Below the pieces are notes generated by a model, which saw nothing but the letters and a program-made list of their open reading frames with translations, ran no database searches and was not told the DNA's origin. From assembly GCA_017857815.1 (NCBI GenBank), contig JAFMCL010000008.1:1774-65773 (forward strand): a DNA stretch of 64,000 nt. The letters run 5' to 3'. A program made the translations under genes and the position numbers. This document shows positions 48,793 to 59,492 of this stretch, in pieces; position 1 is the stretch's first letter; every line of letters starts with the position of its first letter. This DNA is from Flavobacteriaceae bacterium (lineage in GTDB: Bacteria; Bacteroidota; Bacteroidia; Flavobacteriales; Flavobacteriaceae).

Positions 48793-49866
48793 ATGCCAAA
48801 AAAACTATATTCGAAATTTTTCATTTTTTTCCTTTTAGGTCTAACTTATATTAGCGCAAAAGAATCAGCAAGCGGCGGCGACCTCAAAGCGGAAATCAAA
48901 GAATACATCCTTCACCACCTTCAAGATACTCACGACTTCACTCTGCTTTCTTATACAGACGAGCAAGGAAAAAAAATACACATAGGCGCTCCACTCCCAG
49001 TGATTCTTTGGGACGAAGGTTTAAAAATATTTTCTTCCTCTAAATTTCACCACGGGGAAAGTGTGGCGCACGTTGGAGAGAATTATTATAAATTAGACCA
49101 TGGTAAAATTTACAAGACTGATGCAGCAGGAACAATAAATTATGATGACTCGCACCACGCCACGAATATTGCACCTTTAGATTTATCAATCACCAAAGGA
49201 GTGGTTAGTTTATTATTTACAGCACTAATTATGTTTTTCCTTTTTAAAGGATTGGCAGATTCTTACAAAAAAAACGGAATGGTGGCTAAAGGAGTCGGTC
49301 GCTTTTTCGAGCCAATTGTAATTTACATTCGCGATGAAATTGCAATTCCTAATATTGGAGAAAAACACCACAGAAGGTACATGGGATATCTTCTAACTTT
49401 ATTTTTCTTTGTTTGGTTTCTAAATCTTTTGGGGCTAACACCCCTCGGAATCAATGCGACAGGAAATATCGCCGTTACATTCTGTTTGGCACTTATCACA
49501 TTTGTCATTACCAATGTATCCGGCAAAAAAGAATATTGGAAACATATCTTTTGGATGCCAGGAGTGCCGTGGCCAATGAAAATTGTTTTGGCTCCTATCG
49601 AATTGTTAGGTGTCCTTATTAAGCCTTTTTCCTTAATGATTCGTTTGTATGCCAACATATCTGCAGGTCACATTGTATTAATGAGCTTAATATCATTAAT
49701 ATTTATATTTAAAAACTGGTTTGGATCAAGTCTTTCATTTATGTTGGCCTTTTCCATCTCAATCATAGAAATCTTAGTCGCAGCTTTACAGGCGTATATT
49801 TTTACAGTCTTGTCAGCATTGTATTTTGGTTTCGCAGTAGAAGAACATGATCACGATGATCATTAA
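48793..49866 (+). CDS. atpB: F0F1 ATP synthase subunit a
   Basis: NATGNIAVT, KPFSLMIRLYANISAGH and LQAYIF motifs; Bacteroidota N-terminal extension. Confidence 0.95.
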   Translation: MPKKLYSKFFIFFLLGLTYISAKESASGGDLKAEIKEYILHHLQDTHDFTLLSYTDEQGKKIHIGAPLPVILWDEGLKIFSSSKFHHGESVAHVGENYYKLDHGKIYKTDAAGTINYDDSHHATNIAPLDLSITKGVVSLLFTALIMFFLFKGLADSYKKNGMVAKGVGRFFEPIVIYIRDEIAIPNIGEKHHRRYMGYLLTLFFFVWFLNLLGLTPLGINATGNIAVTFCLALITFVITNVSGKKEYWKHIFWMPGVPWPMKIVLAPIELLGVLIKPFSLMIRLYANISAGHIVLMSLISLIFIFKNWFGSSLSFMLAFSISIIEILVAALQAYIFTVLSALYFGFAVEEHDHDDH

Positions 49867-49893
49867 GTAATGAATGTATAATTTAATAAATAG

Positions 49894-50091
<198 letters not shown>

Positions 50092-50156
50092 TAACCAACG
50101 ATAGCCTGACCTTGGAATGGTTTTCAAGGGCAGTATATTGATTAAAAACTTTTCAA

Positions 50157-50654
50157 ATGGAAAAATTAATCAGTGAATTTTCTTTTGGGTTATTTTTTTG
50201 GCAACTCTTTATTTTTATAGGGTTAATTCTCTTATTAAAAAAGTTTGCTTGGAGGCCAATCTTGGATGCGGTTAACGAAAGAGAGACATCTATTAAAGAT
50301 GCACTTTCTTCAGCAGACGAAGCCAGGAAAGAAATTGCTTCTTTACAAGAAGACAATCAAAAGATTCTACAAGAGGCCAGAGCAGAAAGAGAAGCATTAT
50401 TAAAAGAAGCCCGAACATCAGGTGCGGATCTATTGGCCAAGGCCAAAGAAGATGCCAAATTAGAAGCTGATAAGATCTTGTCACAAGCCCAAGACGCCAT
50501 TCAAAACGAAAAGCGTGCTGCAATTAATGAACTTAAAAATCAAGTAGCTCAGATTTCATTAGAAATAGCTGAAAAAGTGATTGAAGGGGAGTTAGAAGAC
50601 AAAGACAAACAGACCAATTTGGTTGAAAAATTATTAAAGGATGCTTCTTTATAA
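50157..50654 (+). CDS. atpF: F0F1 ATP synthase subunit b
   Basis: GLFFWQ TM, KFAW.PI...ER, coiled coil. Confidence 0.93.
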   Translation: MEKLISEFSFGLFFWQLFIFIGLILLLKKFAWRPILDAVNERETSIKDALSSADEARKEIASLQEDNQKILQEARAEREALLKEARTSGADLLAKAKEDAKLEADKILSQAQDAIQNEKRAAINELKNQVAQISLEIAEKVIEGELEDKDKQTNLVEKLLKDASL

Positions 50655-50661
50655 ATAGCCT

Positions 50662-51198
50662 ATGAAATCTAGTCGCGCAGCATTGAGATACGCCAAAGCA
50701 CTTTTAAACTATGCTTTGGAAAACAAGCAAGAGCAAACAGTTGCAAAAGAAATGCAGACAGTGCTTTCAAGAATTAATGAAAGTCCTGAACTAGAAGCTG
50801 CGCTTGACAATCCTATATTATCAGGATCCAAAAAGGGTATAATAATGGCAGAGGTTTTCAAGAGCAACTCAAAAACAACACAAAGTCTTTTTTTGTTATT
50901 GTCAACAAATAAAAGAGAAGGTATTCTTGGAGCAGTCGCCGCTCAATATTTAGCGCTTTACGATAGGCACCAGGGAATTGTCGAGGCAACCGTGATTACA
51001 GCAATCGCATTGACCCAAGAGGTGGAAAAGAAAGTTTTGGAAAAAGCCTCTCTTTTAACTTCGTTGAAAGTGCAACTCAAGAATATTATTGATCCTACAA
51101 TTAAAGGGGGCTTTATTCTTAGGGTTGGAGATTTACAATACAATGCAAGCGTTTTAGATCGTTTGGAAAGATTAAAAAGAGAATTGATTACATCCTAA
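50662..51198 (+). CDS. atpH: F1 ATP synthase subunit delta
   Basis: [12 protein letters not shown] and [14 protein letters not shown] motifs. Confidence 0.93.
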   Translation: MKSSRAALRYAKALLNYALENKQEQTVAKEMQTVLSRINESPELEAALDNPILSGSKKGIIMAEVFKSNSKTTQSLFLLLSTNKREGILGAVAAQYLALYDRHQGIVEATVITAIALTQEVEKKVLEKASLLTSLKVQLKNIIDPTIKGGFILRVGDLQYNASVLDRLERLKRELITS

Positions 51199-51220
51199 TA
51201 AATTTTTAAAATACAATAAG

Positions 51221-52798
51221 ATGGCAGAAGTTAAGCCCGCTGAAGTATCAGCAATATTAAAAAATCAATTAGCAGGATTCGAAGCTACAGCATCTTTGGA
51301 TGAGGTAGGGACGGTGCTTCAAGTAGGAGATGGGATTGCCCGAGTTTATGGACTTACTCATGCTGAATATGGAGAATTGGTAACCTTCGAAAATGGAGTT
51401 GATGGTATGGTACTCAACTTGGAAGAGGACAATGTGGGGGTTGTATTATTAGGCCCTTCAAAAGAAATTAAAGAAGGAGATACTGTAAAACGAACCAAAC
51501 AAATTGCTTCTATTAACGTAGGAGAAGGTATTGTTGGTCGTGTGGTAAATACCTTAGGTATTCCAATTGACGGAAAAGGCCCTATCGAAGGAGAAACCTA
51601 TCAAATGCCATTGGAGCGTAAAGCACCAGGGGTAATCTTTAGACAACCCGTAAATGAACCATTACAGACAGGTATAAAATCAATCGATGCGATGATTCCT
51701 GTTGGAAGGGGACAAAGGGAATTGGTTATTGGAGACCGTCAGACAGGGAAAACCACTGTTTGTATTGATACAATTTTAAATCAAAAAGAATTTTACGATG
51801 CTGGCGAACCAGTATACTGTATTTATGTTGCAATAGGCCAAAAAGCTTCGACTGTAGCAGGAATTGCAAAAACACTCGAGGACAAAGGAGCTTTGGTTTA
51901 CACGACAATTGTCGCTGCCAACGCATCCGATCCTGCGCCAATGCAGGTATACGCACCGTTCGCAGGAGCAGCCATTGGTGAATATTTTAGAGACACAGGC
52001 CGTCCAGCCTTGATCATATATGATGACCTTTCCAAACAAGCTGTAGCCTATCGTGAGGTATCACTTTTATTGAGACGTCCACCGGGACGGGAAGCTTATC
52101 CTGGAGATGTATTTTATTTACACTCTAGATTACTAGAACGTGCTGCAAAAGTAATTGCGAATGATGAAATAGCCAAAGGGATGAATGACCTTCCTGATTC
52201 ATTAAAACCCATCGTTAAAGGTGGAGGATCGCTAACAGCACTTCCTATCATCGAAACTCAAGCAGGAGACGTTTCCGCCTATATACCCACTAACGTTATT
52301 TCGATTACGGATGGACAGATTTTCCTTGAGTCTGACCTTTTTAACTCTGGAGTTCGTCCCGCAATTAATGTTGGGATATCTGTATCGAGAGTAGGAGGAT
52401 CAGCACAAATAAAATCCATGAAAAAAGTTGCTGGAACATTGAAGTTAGACCAAGCACAGTTCCGTGAATTGGAAGCATTTGCTAAATTTGGATCTGACTT
52501 AGATGCTGCAACCTTGAATGTGATTGAAAAAGGAAAACGAAACGTTGAGATTCTAAAACAAGCTCAAAACGATCCTTTTACTGTAGAAAACCAAGTAGCG
52601 ATCATCTACGCTGGATCGAAAAACTTGTTGAGAAAGGTTCCTGTAAATAAGGTGAAAGAGTTTGAAACTTCTTTTTTGGAGTCGCTCAAAAAGAATCACC
52701 CTAAAACATTGGCCGATTTAAAGGCAGGGAAATTAACAGATGACGTTTTGGATGCTTTGAATTCAACAGCAGCCGAAACCTCAAAATTATTTGAATAG
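51221..52798 (+). CDS. atpA: F1 ATP synthase subunit alpha
   Basis: [29 protein letters not shown] and [13 protein letters not shown] motifs. Confidence 0.98.
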   Translation: MAEVKPAEVSAILKNQLAGFEATASLDEVGTVLQVGDGIARVYGLTHAEYGELVTFENGVDGMVLNLEEDNVGVVLLGPSKEIKEGDTVKRTKQIASINVGEGIVGRVVNTLGIPIDGKGPIEGETYQMPLERKAPGVIFRQPVNEPLQTGIKSIDAMIPVGRGQRELVIGDRQTGKTTVCIDTILNQKEFYDAGEPVYCIYVAIGQKASTVAGIAKTLEDKGALVYTTIVAANASDPAPMQVYAPFAGAAIGEYFRDTGRPALIIYDDLSKQAVAYREVSLLLRRPPGREAYPGDVFYLHSRLLERAAKVIANDEIAKGMNDLPDSLKPIVKGGGSLTALPIIETQAGDVSAYIPTNVISITDGQIFLESDLFNSGVRPAINVGISVSRVGGSAQIKSMKKVAGTLKLDQAQFRELEAFAKFGSDLDAATLNVIEKGKRNVEILKQAQNDPFTVENQVAIIYAGSKNLLRKVPVNKVKEFETSFLESLKKNHPKTLADLKAGKLTDDVLDALNSTAAETSKLFE

Positions 52799-52801
52799 CC
52801 C

Positions 52802-53665
52802 ATGGCAAATCTGAAAGAAATACGAAATCGTATTGCTTCGGTCTCATCGACCATGCAGATAACTAGTGCCATGAAAATGGTATCCGCTGCTAAGCTCAAA
52901 AAAGCTCAGGATGCAATTACGGCCATGCGACCCTATTCAGATAAATTGACTGAATTGATTCAGGACCTAAGCGCAAGTGCAGATACTGATCAGCCCAATC
53001 CTTACACCGTAGTCCGTCAGGAAGAGAAAATCCTATTGGTCGCCATTACTTCCAATCGTGGACTTTGTGGCGCCTTTAATACCAATGTTATTAAAGAGAC
53101 ATTGCGTTTGTCAAAAGAAGAATTTGAGGGTAAAACAGTCGAATTGATCACCATCGGAAAAAAAGGAAGCGATATTCTTTCGAAATCATTGCCGCTTAAA
53201 AGCAGTCATGATGGTGTGTTTGATGACCTAACCTTTGATAACACGGCAAAGGTTGCGGAAAGCATTATGGAGGCATTTGCTGGGGCAGAATATGATAAGG
53301 TTGTATTGATATACAATCGTTTTAAAAATGCGGCTACTCAGCTAATTACTGTCGAGCCATTTCTTCCTATAGTTTCCGAATCATCTGAGGAAGAAACAAA
53401 CAATGGGGATTATCTTTTCGAGCCGTCACAGGCAGAAATTATTGATGAGTTATTACCCAAATCATTAAAAATTCAATTGTTTAAAGCAATTCGCGATTCC
53501 TTGGCCAGCGAGCATGGTGCAAGAATGACTGCGATGCATAAAGCGACAGACAATGCAACGGAGCTTAGAGACCAACTCAAATTGACCTATAACAAAGCAC
53601 GTCAAGCAGCCATTACCAACGAAATACTTGAAATTGTTGGCGGGGCGGAAGCCTTAAAAGGTTAA
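52802..53665 (+). CDS. atpG: F1 ATP synthase subunit gamma
   Basis: ITSAMKMVSAAKL, RGLCG, SEHGARMTAM and RQAAITNEI motifs. Confidence 0.97.
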   Translation: MANLKEIRNRIASVSSTMQITSAMKMVSAAKLKKAQDAITAMRPYSDKLTELIQDLSASADTDQPNPYTVVRQEEKILLVAITSNRGLCGAFNTNVIKETLRLSKEEFEGKTVELITIGKKGSDILSKSLPLKSSHDGVFDDLTFDNTAKVAESIMEAFAGAEYDKVVLIYNRFKNAATQLITVEPFLPIVSESSEEETNNGDYLFEPSQAEIIDELLPKSLKIQLFKAIRDSLASEHGARMTAMHKATDNATELRDQLKLTYNKARQAAITNEILEIVGGAEALKG

Positions 53666-53677
53666 ATTTAAATTACT

Positions 53678-53701
53678 AAACCTCCTTATTTAAGGAGGTT
53701 T
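53678..53701 (+). terminator. Intrinsic terminator of the atp operon
   Basis: AAACCTCCTTA-TT-TAAGGAGGTTT inverted repeat followed by CTTT. Confidence 0.8.
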
Positions 53702-53761
53702 CTTTACGATCAAGTTTCTTCAATAATTTTATTAATTTCGAGAGATCCAAATTAATCCCAT

Positions 53762-55993
53762 ATGTCTCCTAAATCTTTTCTTCTTTTTTTTCTTTGTTTG
53801 ACGAATTTCTATTGTTTAAAAGGACAAGAAAACGGAAACAATGATTTAAAGGTCGGTTTGTTACTAAGTGGGGGTGGTGCAAAAGGCTTGGCCCACATTG
53901 GTGTTTTAAAAGAAATTGAGGCTGCTGGCGTTAGGATTGATTATGTTGCTGGCACTAGTATTGGAGCGGTCATCGGAGGGCTATATGCTTCCGGTTATTC
54001 TGCCAATGAAATTGAAGAATTAATTCAAGCAGCGGATTTACAAAATTTAATTACAGATGACTATCCCAGAAGAAGTAAGTCTTTTCATGAAAAAGAAGAT
54101 TCCGAGCGTTATGTCTTGACACTTCCGTTCTACAATTTTAAGTTCCAGTTTCCCTCTTCAATATCAAAGGGGTATAATTTTTATGATCAATTGGTTCAAC
54201 TTACTGCGCATGTGCATCATATTGATGATTTTAAAAAACTGCCCATCCCCTTTTTTTGTATGACTACTGACCTTGAAACTGGTAAACCATTGTTGCTCGA
54301 ATCAGGGTTTTTACCCCTTGCGATTAATGCGAGCAGCGCACTACCAACCCTTTTTGATCCTGTTCAAATTGATGGATCACTTTATGTTGATGGTGGGGTT
54401 GCGAATAACTATCCACTCGATGAGCTTAAAGAAAAAGGAGTAGATTTTATTATAGGAGTTGACGTTCAGAGCTCACTGGAGAATCGATCATCGTTACTCA
54501 GCGCCTCGGACATTCTAAAGCAAATCAATCAATTTTCAATCACGAAAGACATTACAAGAAAGAGCGCGCTTACTGACCTTTACTTAAAGCCAGACATCGA
54601 AGAATTTTCGATAGTCTCCTTTAAGGATTCAAAAAAAATTATACAAAAAGGGCTAATTACCGGTCAAAAATATCGTTCCAACTTTGAAAAGATAGCGGCG
54701 CTTCAAGCCCCAAACAATACGATTAAAAAGAAGGTGAAACCTGTAGAAGAAATAACCCTTTCCGGGTTAAGTTTTTATGGAAACACTAAATATGGACTTA
54801 GTTATCTTAAAGGTAAAATGCGCCTTAAGCCCCCAGGTCGAGTCTCTTTTGAGAAAATTCAAGAAGGGGTTAACAACTTGGCCTCAACAAATAATTTTAG
54901 CCGCTTTAGATACACACTTGACAAAGAGGAAGATGCCTATCGTCTAAAAATGACCCTAGAAGATAGACCTTACAATACCAGTGTCGGCTTCGGAATTCAT
55001 TATGACAACCTATACAAATCTGCAACCTTAATAAATGTTACACAAAAACAACTACTTTTTGATAATGATGTTGCTTCCTTTGATTTTATTCTTGGAGACA
55101 ATCTTAGGTATAAATTCAACTATTATATAGACAAAGGATTTCACTGGAGCATAGGGTTTGAGTCTCTTTTCAACCAATTTGAATCTCCTTTAAACTCAGA
55201 AGGGTCAGACAGTCCAGATGATCCAAAATATTTTTACGACTCATCAATTGTCAAATATTTTGATTTCACCAACCGTTTCTATATCGAAACGCTATTCCGA
55301 GAAGAATTTGCATTTGGGATCGGACTTGAGCATAAAAAACTAATCATAAGGTCAAGAGCAACCATTCTTGAGTCAGGTGGTTTTGAATATTTTGATGATG
55401 CAAATTATTTTAACGCTTATTCTTTTTTAAAATTCGACAGTCGTGATCACGTTTATTTCCCTACAAAAGGATTTTTTTTTGATGCGAACTTAACACTTTA
55501 CTTAGACGATAGCACTAAGCGTTTTTCAGAAAAACACAAATTTTTCTATACTGTAAAGTCTGATCTTGGATATACATTTTCTTTGAACAAACTGCTTTCG
55601 ATTAGTTTTGGAGCAAGTTTAGGAGTACTTGTAAAAGATCCCAATCGTTATACTTTTTCCTTTCTCCTTGGGGGTTATCGAAATCAGAATATTAATAATT
55701 TCATACCATTTATTGGCTACAGTGCCCTAGACATTTTCGCGTTTAGCTTTTTAAAAACCTCTGTTGGAATGGATCTTTCGTTATCTAAAAATCATTATTT
55801 AAGATTCAAAGGAAACATTGCATCTGTTAGCGACCAACCGTTTGATGCTCAGGAATGGTCAGAAAAAAGATACAGTGGTTATGGAGTTGGCTATGGGATA
55901 AACTCCTTCTTAGGTCCAATAGAGCTTACTTATTCTTTTTCTCCCGAAACAAAGAGTCCCATTTGGTATTTTAATTTGGGATGGTCCTTTTAA
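53762..55993 (+). CDS. Patatin-like phospholipase with POTRA-like linker and C-terminal Omp85-type barrel (PlpD-like)
   Basis: GGGAKG, GTSIG and DGG catalytic motifs; C-terminal GPIELTYS..YFNLGWSF beta-signal. Confidence 0.85.
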   Translation: MSPKSFLLFFLCLTNFYCLKGQENGNNDLKVGLLLSGGGAKGLAHIGVLKEIEAAGVRIDYVAGTSIGAVIGGLYASGYSANEIEELIQAADLQNLITDDYPRRSKSFHEKEDSERYVLTLPFYNFKFQFPSSISKGYNFYDQLVQLTAHVHHIDDFKKLPIPFFCMTTDLETGKPLLLESGFLPLAINASSALPTLFDPVQIDGSLYVDGGVANNYPLDELKEKGVDFIIGVDVQSSLENRSSLLSASDILKQINQFSITKDITRKSALTDLYLKPDIEEFSIVSFKDSKKIIQKGLITGQKYRSNFEKIAALQAPNNTIKKKVKPVEEITLSGLSFYGNTKYGLSYLKGKMRLKPPGRVSFEKIQEGVNNLASTNNFSRFRYTLDKEEDAYRLKMTLEDRPYNTSVGFGIHYDNLYKSATLINVTQKQLLFDNDVASFDFILGDNLRYKFNYYIDKGFHWSIGFESLFNQFESPLNSEGSDSPDDPKYFYDSSIVKYFDFTNRFYIETLFREEFAFGIGLEHKKLIIRSRATILESGGFEYFDDANYFNAYSFLKFDSRDHVYFPTKGFFFDANLTLYLDDSTKRFSEKHKFFYTVKSDLGYTFSLNKLLSISFGASLGVLVKDPNRYTFSFLLGGYRNQNINNFIPFIGYSALDIFAFSFLKTSVGMDLSLSKNHYLRFKGNIASVSDQPFDAQEWSEKRYSGYGVGYGINSFLGPIELTYSFSPETKSPIWYFNLGWSF

Positions 55994-56041
55994 AAAACAG
56001 GTTTATTTTTTACAGATTTAATTACTTTGGCGTTAAACAAA

Positions 56042-57064
56042 TTAAAAACCATTAAATTACTTTACTCGCTAACTTTATTGTACTTAACTTTTGGCTGTGT
56101 GCGGCCTAAAAAAAATCTTTCAGAGCCTCCGATTACCCTCACGGCTGCTATTTCGGTTAGAAGCATTGGGACGCCAAATTAATTTTTTCATGAAGTCGAT
56201 TATTGGTGGCCAGACCCTCAAAACCCTTCAGGATCCTATGTCAGAAAGGATGGTATGACCAATCCAGATAACTTTACCGCTCACAGAAAAGCATTGATGC
56301 GCCTTAGTGAAATATGTGGAAGTTTAACTTCCGCGTTTTTAATTACCAAAGACACCGCATACTCAAATGCAGCGAAGAAGCATCTAAATGCTTGGTTTGT
56401 AAATGATCAAACAAAGATGTTTCCTCATCGCCTTTTCGTCCACGCGATATAGGGAGGCATAAGTGAAGAGGTGTTGGAATAATCGATGCCATTCACTTTA
56501 TCAACGTTGTTCAGTCGGTAAGACAACTTGAAAAACACAATAAAATTTCTAGTCAAGAATTAACAGAAATCAAAAAATGCTTTGCTTCTTTTTTAAAATG
56601 GTTAACGACTCACAAATATGGATTAGATGAAAAAGTATACCTAAACAATCACGGAAATTGGTGGAATACCCAAGTTGCCCTTTTGGCAAAGTTCATAAAT
56701 AACGATAGCCTTCTCGATTTTTGCAGAGATAATTTTAAAAACAAAACTCTACTCAGTCAGCTTTCAACATCAAGTAGTTTTCCTCTGGAGCTTTGCAACG
56801 GCAGGAGTCAATAGTGTTGCGAAAGTATTAGAATATATAGTGCCATATGTTGCGGAAAAATCCAAATGGTTTTTAGAACCGGATGTTATTAATTTGGAAG
56901 ACTTTCTGGTAGTGCAACTCGCCTATATTTTAGGAGCTTTTAGGTTTAAACGAACAGACTATTATGATATTTGGAGACAACGAAAACACTTTTTAGAAGT
57001 AGAAGAAGTAAAAAGAAACATTCCTTTAAAGTTCCCGCTCTTGTGGTTAGCCCAAAACAAATAA
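56042..57064 (+). pseudogene. Alginate-lyase-family (PF05426-like) lipoprotein pseudogene
   Basis: DYWWPDP..YVRKDG.TNP, RG.GIID..H, NNHG, FPLEL and PYV..K.KW motifs are split over frames. Stops at 56180 (TAA), 56450 (TAG) and 56464 (TGA), frameshifts, and TTA at the expected start codon. Confidence 0.85.
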
Positions 57065-57179
57065 ACCAATTTAAAAGCTTACTATTTGTTTTTTTTAATT
57101 AGAAAAGGGAAAAACTTGCTTTGTCCATAAAAAGGGAGTAACAAGGGAATAATAAAGTAAAGATTCAGCAACGTTTTTG

Positions 57180-57187
57180 TATTTTTG
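57180..57187 (+). promoter_or_regulatory. -7 box (TATTTTTG) for the dut operon
   Basis: TAnnTTTG 17 nt before the dut ATG. Confidence 0.6.
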
Positions 57188-57204
57188 ATTAAATCATAAA
57201 ACAC

Positions 57205-57642
57205 ATGATAAAAATTCCTGTTATTTATTCCGGAAAAGGTGAATTGCCAACTTATGCGACAGCAGCATCTGCTGGAATGGACTTAAGGGCAGCGATCGAA
57301 GAATCAATTTCACTAGCACCCATGGAGCGAAAAATTATTCCAACGGGGATGTCTATTGCGCTCCCAGAAGGACATGAAGCACAAGTTAGACCCAGAAGTG
57401 GTCTTGCTGTTAAACATGGCATAACCGTTCTCAATTCCCCAGGCACGATTGATGCGGACTATCGCGGTGAGATCGGTGTGATTTTGATTAATCTCTCTAA
57501 CGAAGTGTTTATAGTTGCACCTGAAGACAGGATTGCTCAGTTGGTTATTGCTGAATACACACAAATTGTTTGGGAGCCAACCCAAACCCTAGAGGAATCC
57601 GAAAGAGGAAGCAGAGGATTTGGGAGTACTGGAAAAAAATAG
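57205..57642 (+). CDS. dut: dUTP diphosphatase
   Basis: [27 protein letters not shown] and RG..GFGSTG motifs. Confidence 0.97.
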   Translation: MIKIPVIYSGKGELPTYATAASAGMDLRAAIEESISLAPMERKIIPTGMSIALPEGHEAQVRPRSGLAVKHGITVLNSPGTIDADYRGEIGVILINLSNEVFIVAPEDRIAQLVIAEYTQIVWEPTQTLEESERGSRGFGSTGKK

Positions 57643-57679
57643 ACTTAAATAATAAGATTAATTTTAAACATATAATTCA

Positions 57680-58696
57680 TTGAAAATCATTGTACCCATG
57701 GCAGGAAGAGGCTCACGTCTTCGCCCGCACAGCCTTACAGTTCCAAAACCGATGTTACCAGTTGCTGGAACACCGATCGTAGCTCAATTAGTCAATGAAA
57801 TCGCAAGAGTCGTGGCACAGCCCATTGAGGAGGTTGCCTTTATTTTAGGGGAACCTGCATTTTTTGGAAAAGAAATTGAAAGGGAACTTATTGAAGTCGC
57901 CAGGAATCTGGGTGCCAAAGCAACCATATATCGGCAACTGGAGCCATTGGGAACAGGACATGCCGTCATGTGTGCTACTGATTCTCTTTCTGGACCGATT
58001 ATCGTCGCTTATGCCGACACTTTGATTCGAACCGATTTGACACTTGACCCTAAAGTGGATGGAATGATTTGGGTTAAAAAAGTTGCACAGCCAGAAGCCT
58101 ATGGGGTGGTCAGCTTGAATGATCAAAATGAAATTACTGCTTTGGTCGAAAAGCCAAAAACTTTCGTTTCAGATCTAGCAGTGATTGGAATTTATTATTT
58201 CAAACAAGGTGAGGTTATTAAATCTGAATTAGAAAAGACTTTGAGTCAAACCCTTGCCGCTGGTGAAGAATATCTGCTAAATGAGGGGATTCTGGCAATG
58301 ATGGCAAAAGGAGCACGCTTTGTTCCTGGAACCGTTAATGAATGGATGGACTGTGGCAATCCAAAGATTACATTGGAAACCAATAAGAAAATGCTTGAGA
58401 TTCTCACAGAAGAGGGCAATAAACTTGTCGCTACTGATGTTATACTCGATAATGGGAAGATTATTCCTCCTTGCTATATTGGATCTAACGTGGTCATTAA
58501 AAACGCTACTGTGGGCCCTTTCACATCGATTGGAGAGAACACGACGATTGAGAATTCAACAATCGTTAATAGCTTGGTTCAAAAACATACGAAAATTAAA
58601 AATGCTAACTTAGAAGGATCAATGATCGGAAATCATGTAAAATATGATGGAGAGTATAAGCACTTGAGTATTGGAGATTATTCCGTTATAGAATAA
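57680..58696 (+). CDS. Sugar-phosphate nucleotidyltransferase with C-terminal hexapeptide repeats
   Basis: MAGRGSRLRPH...PKP, Q.EPLGTGHA, VEKP and WMDCG motifs; LbH tail. Confidence 0.88.
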   Translation: MKIIVPMAGRGSRLRPHSLTVPKPMLPVAGTPIVAQLVNEIARVVAQPIEEVAFILGEPAFFGKEIERELIEVARNLGAKATIYRQLEPLGTGHAVMCATDSLSGPIIVAYADTLIRTDLTLDPKVDGMIWVKKVAQPEAYGVVSLNDQNEITALVEKPKTFVSDLAVIGIYYFKQGEVIKSELEKTLSQTLAAGEEYLLNEGILAMMAKGARFVPGTVNEWMDCGNPKITLETNKKMLEILTEEGNKLVATDVILDNGKIIPPCYIGSNVVIKNATVGPFTSIGENTTIENSTIVNSLVQKHTKIKNANLEGSMIGNHVKYDGEYKHLSIGDYSVIE

Positions 58697-58700
58697 AAAA

Positions 58701-59492
58701 ATGAGATTTATAAGTATAATTATCACTTTAAAAACGTTTTTATTTCTTACCGTTTTGGCTTTGTTGTGGGGATGTAAATCCGCAGTGATTTTACCAAGTA
58801 AAAAACCAACGCAAAATATTGAGCTGAATGATCTGACCAAAGCAATTGCCAAAAACCAGCTGCGTTATAAAAAATTTCGTTCCAGAGTTAAAGCGACTTA
58901 CAATGACGGAAAAAGAAAACAGCAAATCATGGTTAATATGAGAATTGAAAACTCCAAATCCATATGGATGAGTGCGACCATGTTAGTTCCTATTGCAAAA
59001 GTATTGATCACACCAGACAAGGTGTCATTTTACGAAAAGTTTCAAAGAACTTTCTTTGAAGGGGACATTTCCTTTTTAAATAAACAATTTAACACAGATT
59101 TTGAGTTTAAAGATTTACAGAGCCTATTGATGGGTATGCCTTTATCAGATCTTAAAAAAGGAAATTGGGAAAGAATTTCCCATCCTAAATATTATTTACT
59201 TGTTCCTAAATCCAAGGACTTGGCCTTCCGACCGACTTACTTTTTTGACCCCAACACTTTTCTCCTAAAAGAGCAACGTTTTTTAGTTCCTGGGACACAA
59301 CAATCTCTGACAGTTAAATATTTAAACCACCAGCGACTTGAAGGAGAGATGATCCCGGGAGAAGTTCAAATTTCTTTGTTCGACGGGAAGGATTTAAAAA
59401 CAGTTACCTTGGTCTACAATCGCATAGAATTTCCAAGTAGAATGAGTCTGCCTTTCGATATTCCAGAAGGATATAAACCAATTGAATTATAA
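58701..59492 (+). CDS. DUF4292 family lipoprotein
   Basis: Lipobox LWGC; IWMS, AKVLITPD..FY, F..LQ.LL.G and PF.IP.GYK motifs. Confidence 0.8.
   Translation: MRFISIIITLKTFLFLTVLALLWGCKSAVILPSKKPTQNIELNDLTKAIAKNQLRYKKFRSRVKATYNDGKRKQQIMVNMRIENSKSIWMSATMLVPIAKVLITPDKVSFYEKFQRTFFEGDISFLNKQFNTDFEFKDLQSLLMGMPLSDLKKGNWERISHPKYYLLVPKSKDLAFRPTYFFDPNTFLLKEQRFLVPGTQQSLTVKYLNHQRLEGEMIPGEVQISLFDGKDLKTVTLVYNRIEFPSRMSLPFDIPEGYKPIEL

Noticed and set aside
53692..53698. AAGGAGG Shine-Dalgarno-like sequence
   Set aside because: It is the 3' arm of the atp terminator, more than 60 nt from the next start, and Bacteroidota generally do not use SD.
56180..56466. Possible stop-codon reassignment or programmed readthrough in the lyase
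   Set aside because: All three stop types, frameshifts and an apparent deletion occur together, and other genes terminate normally under code 11. Pseudogenisation is the simpler explanation.
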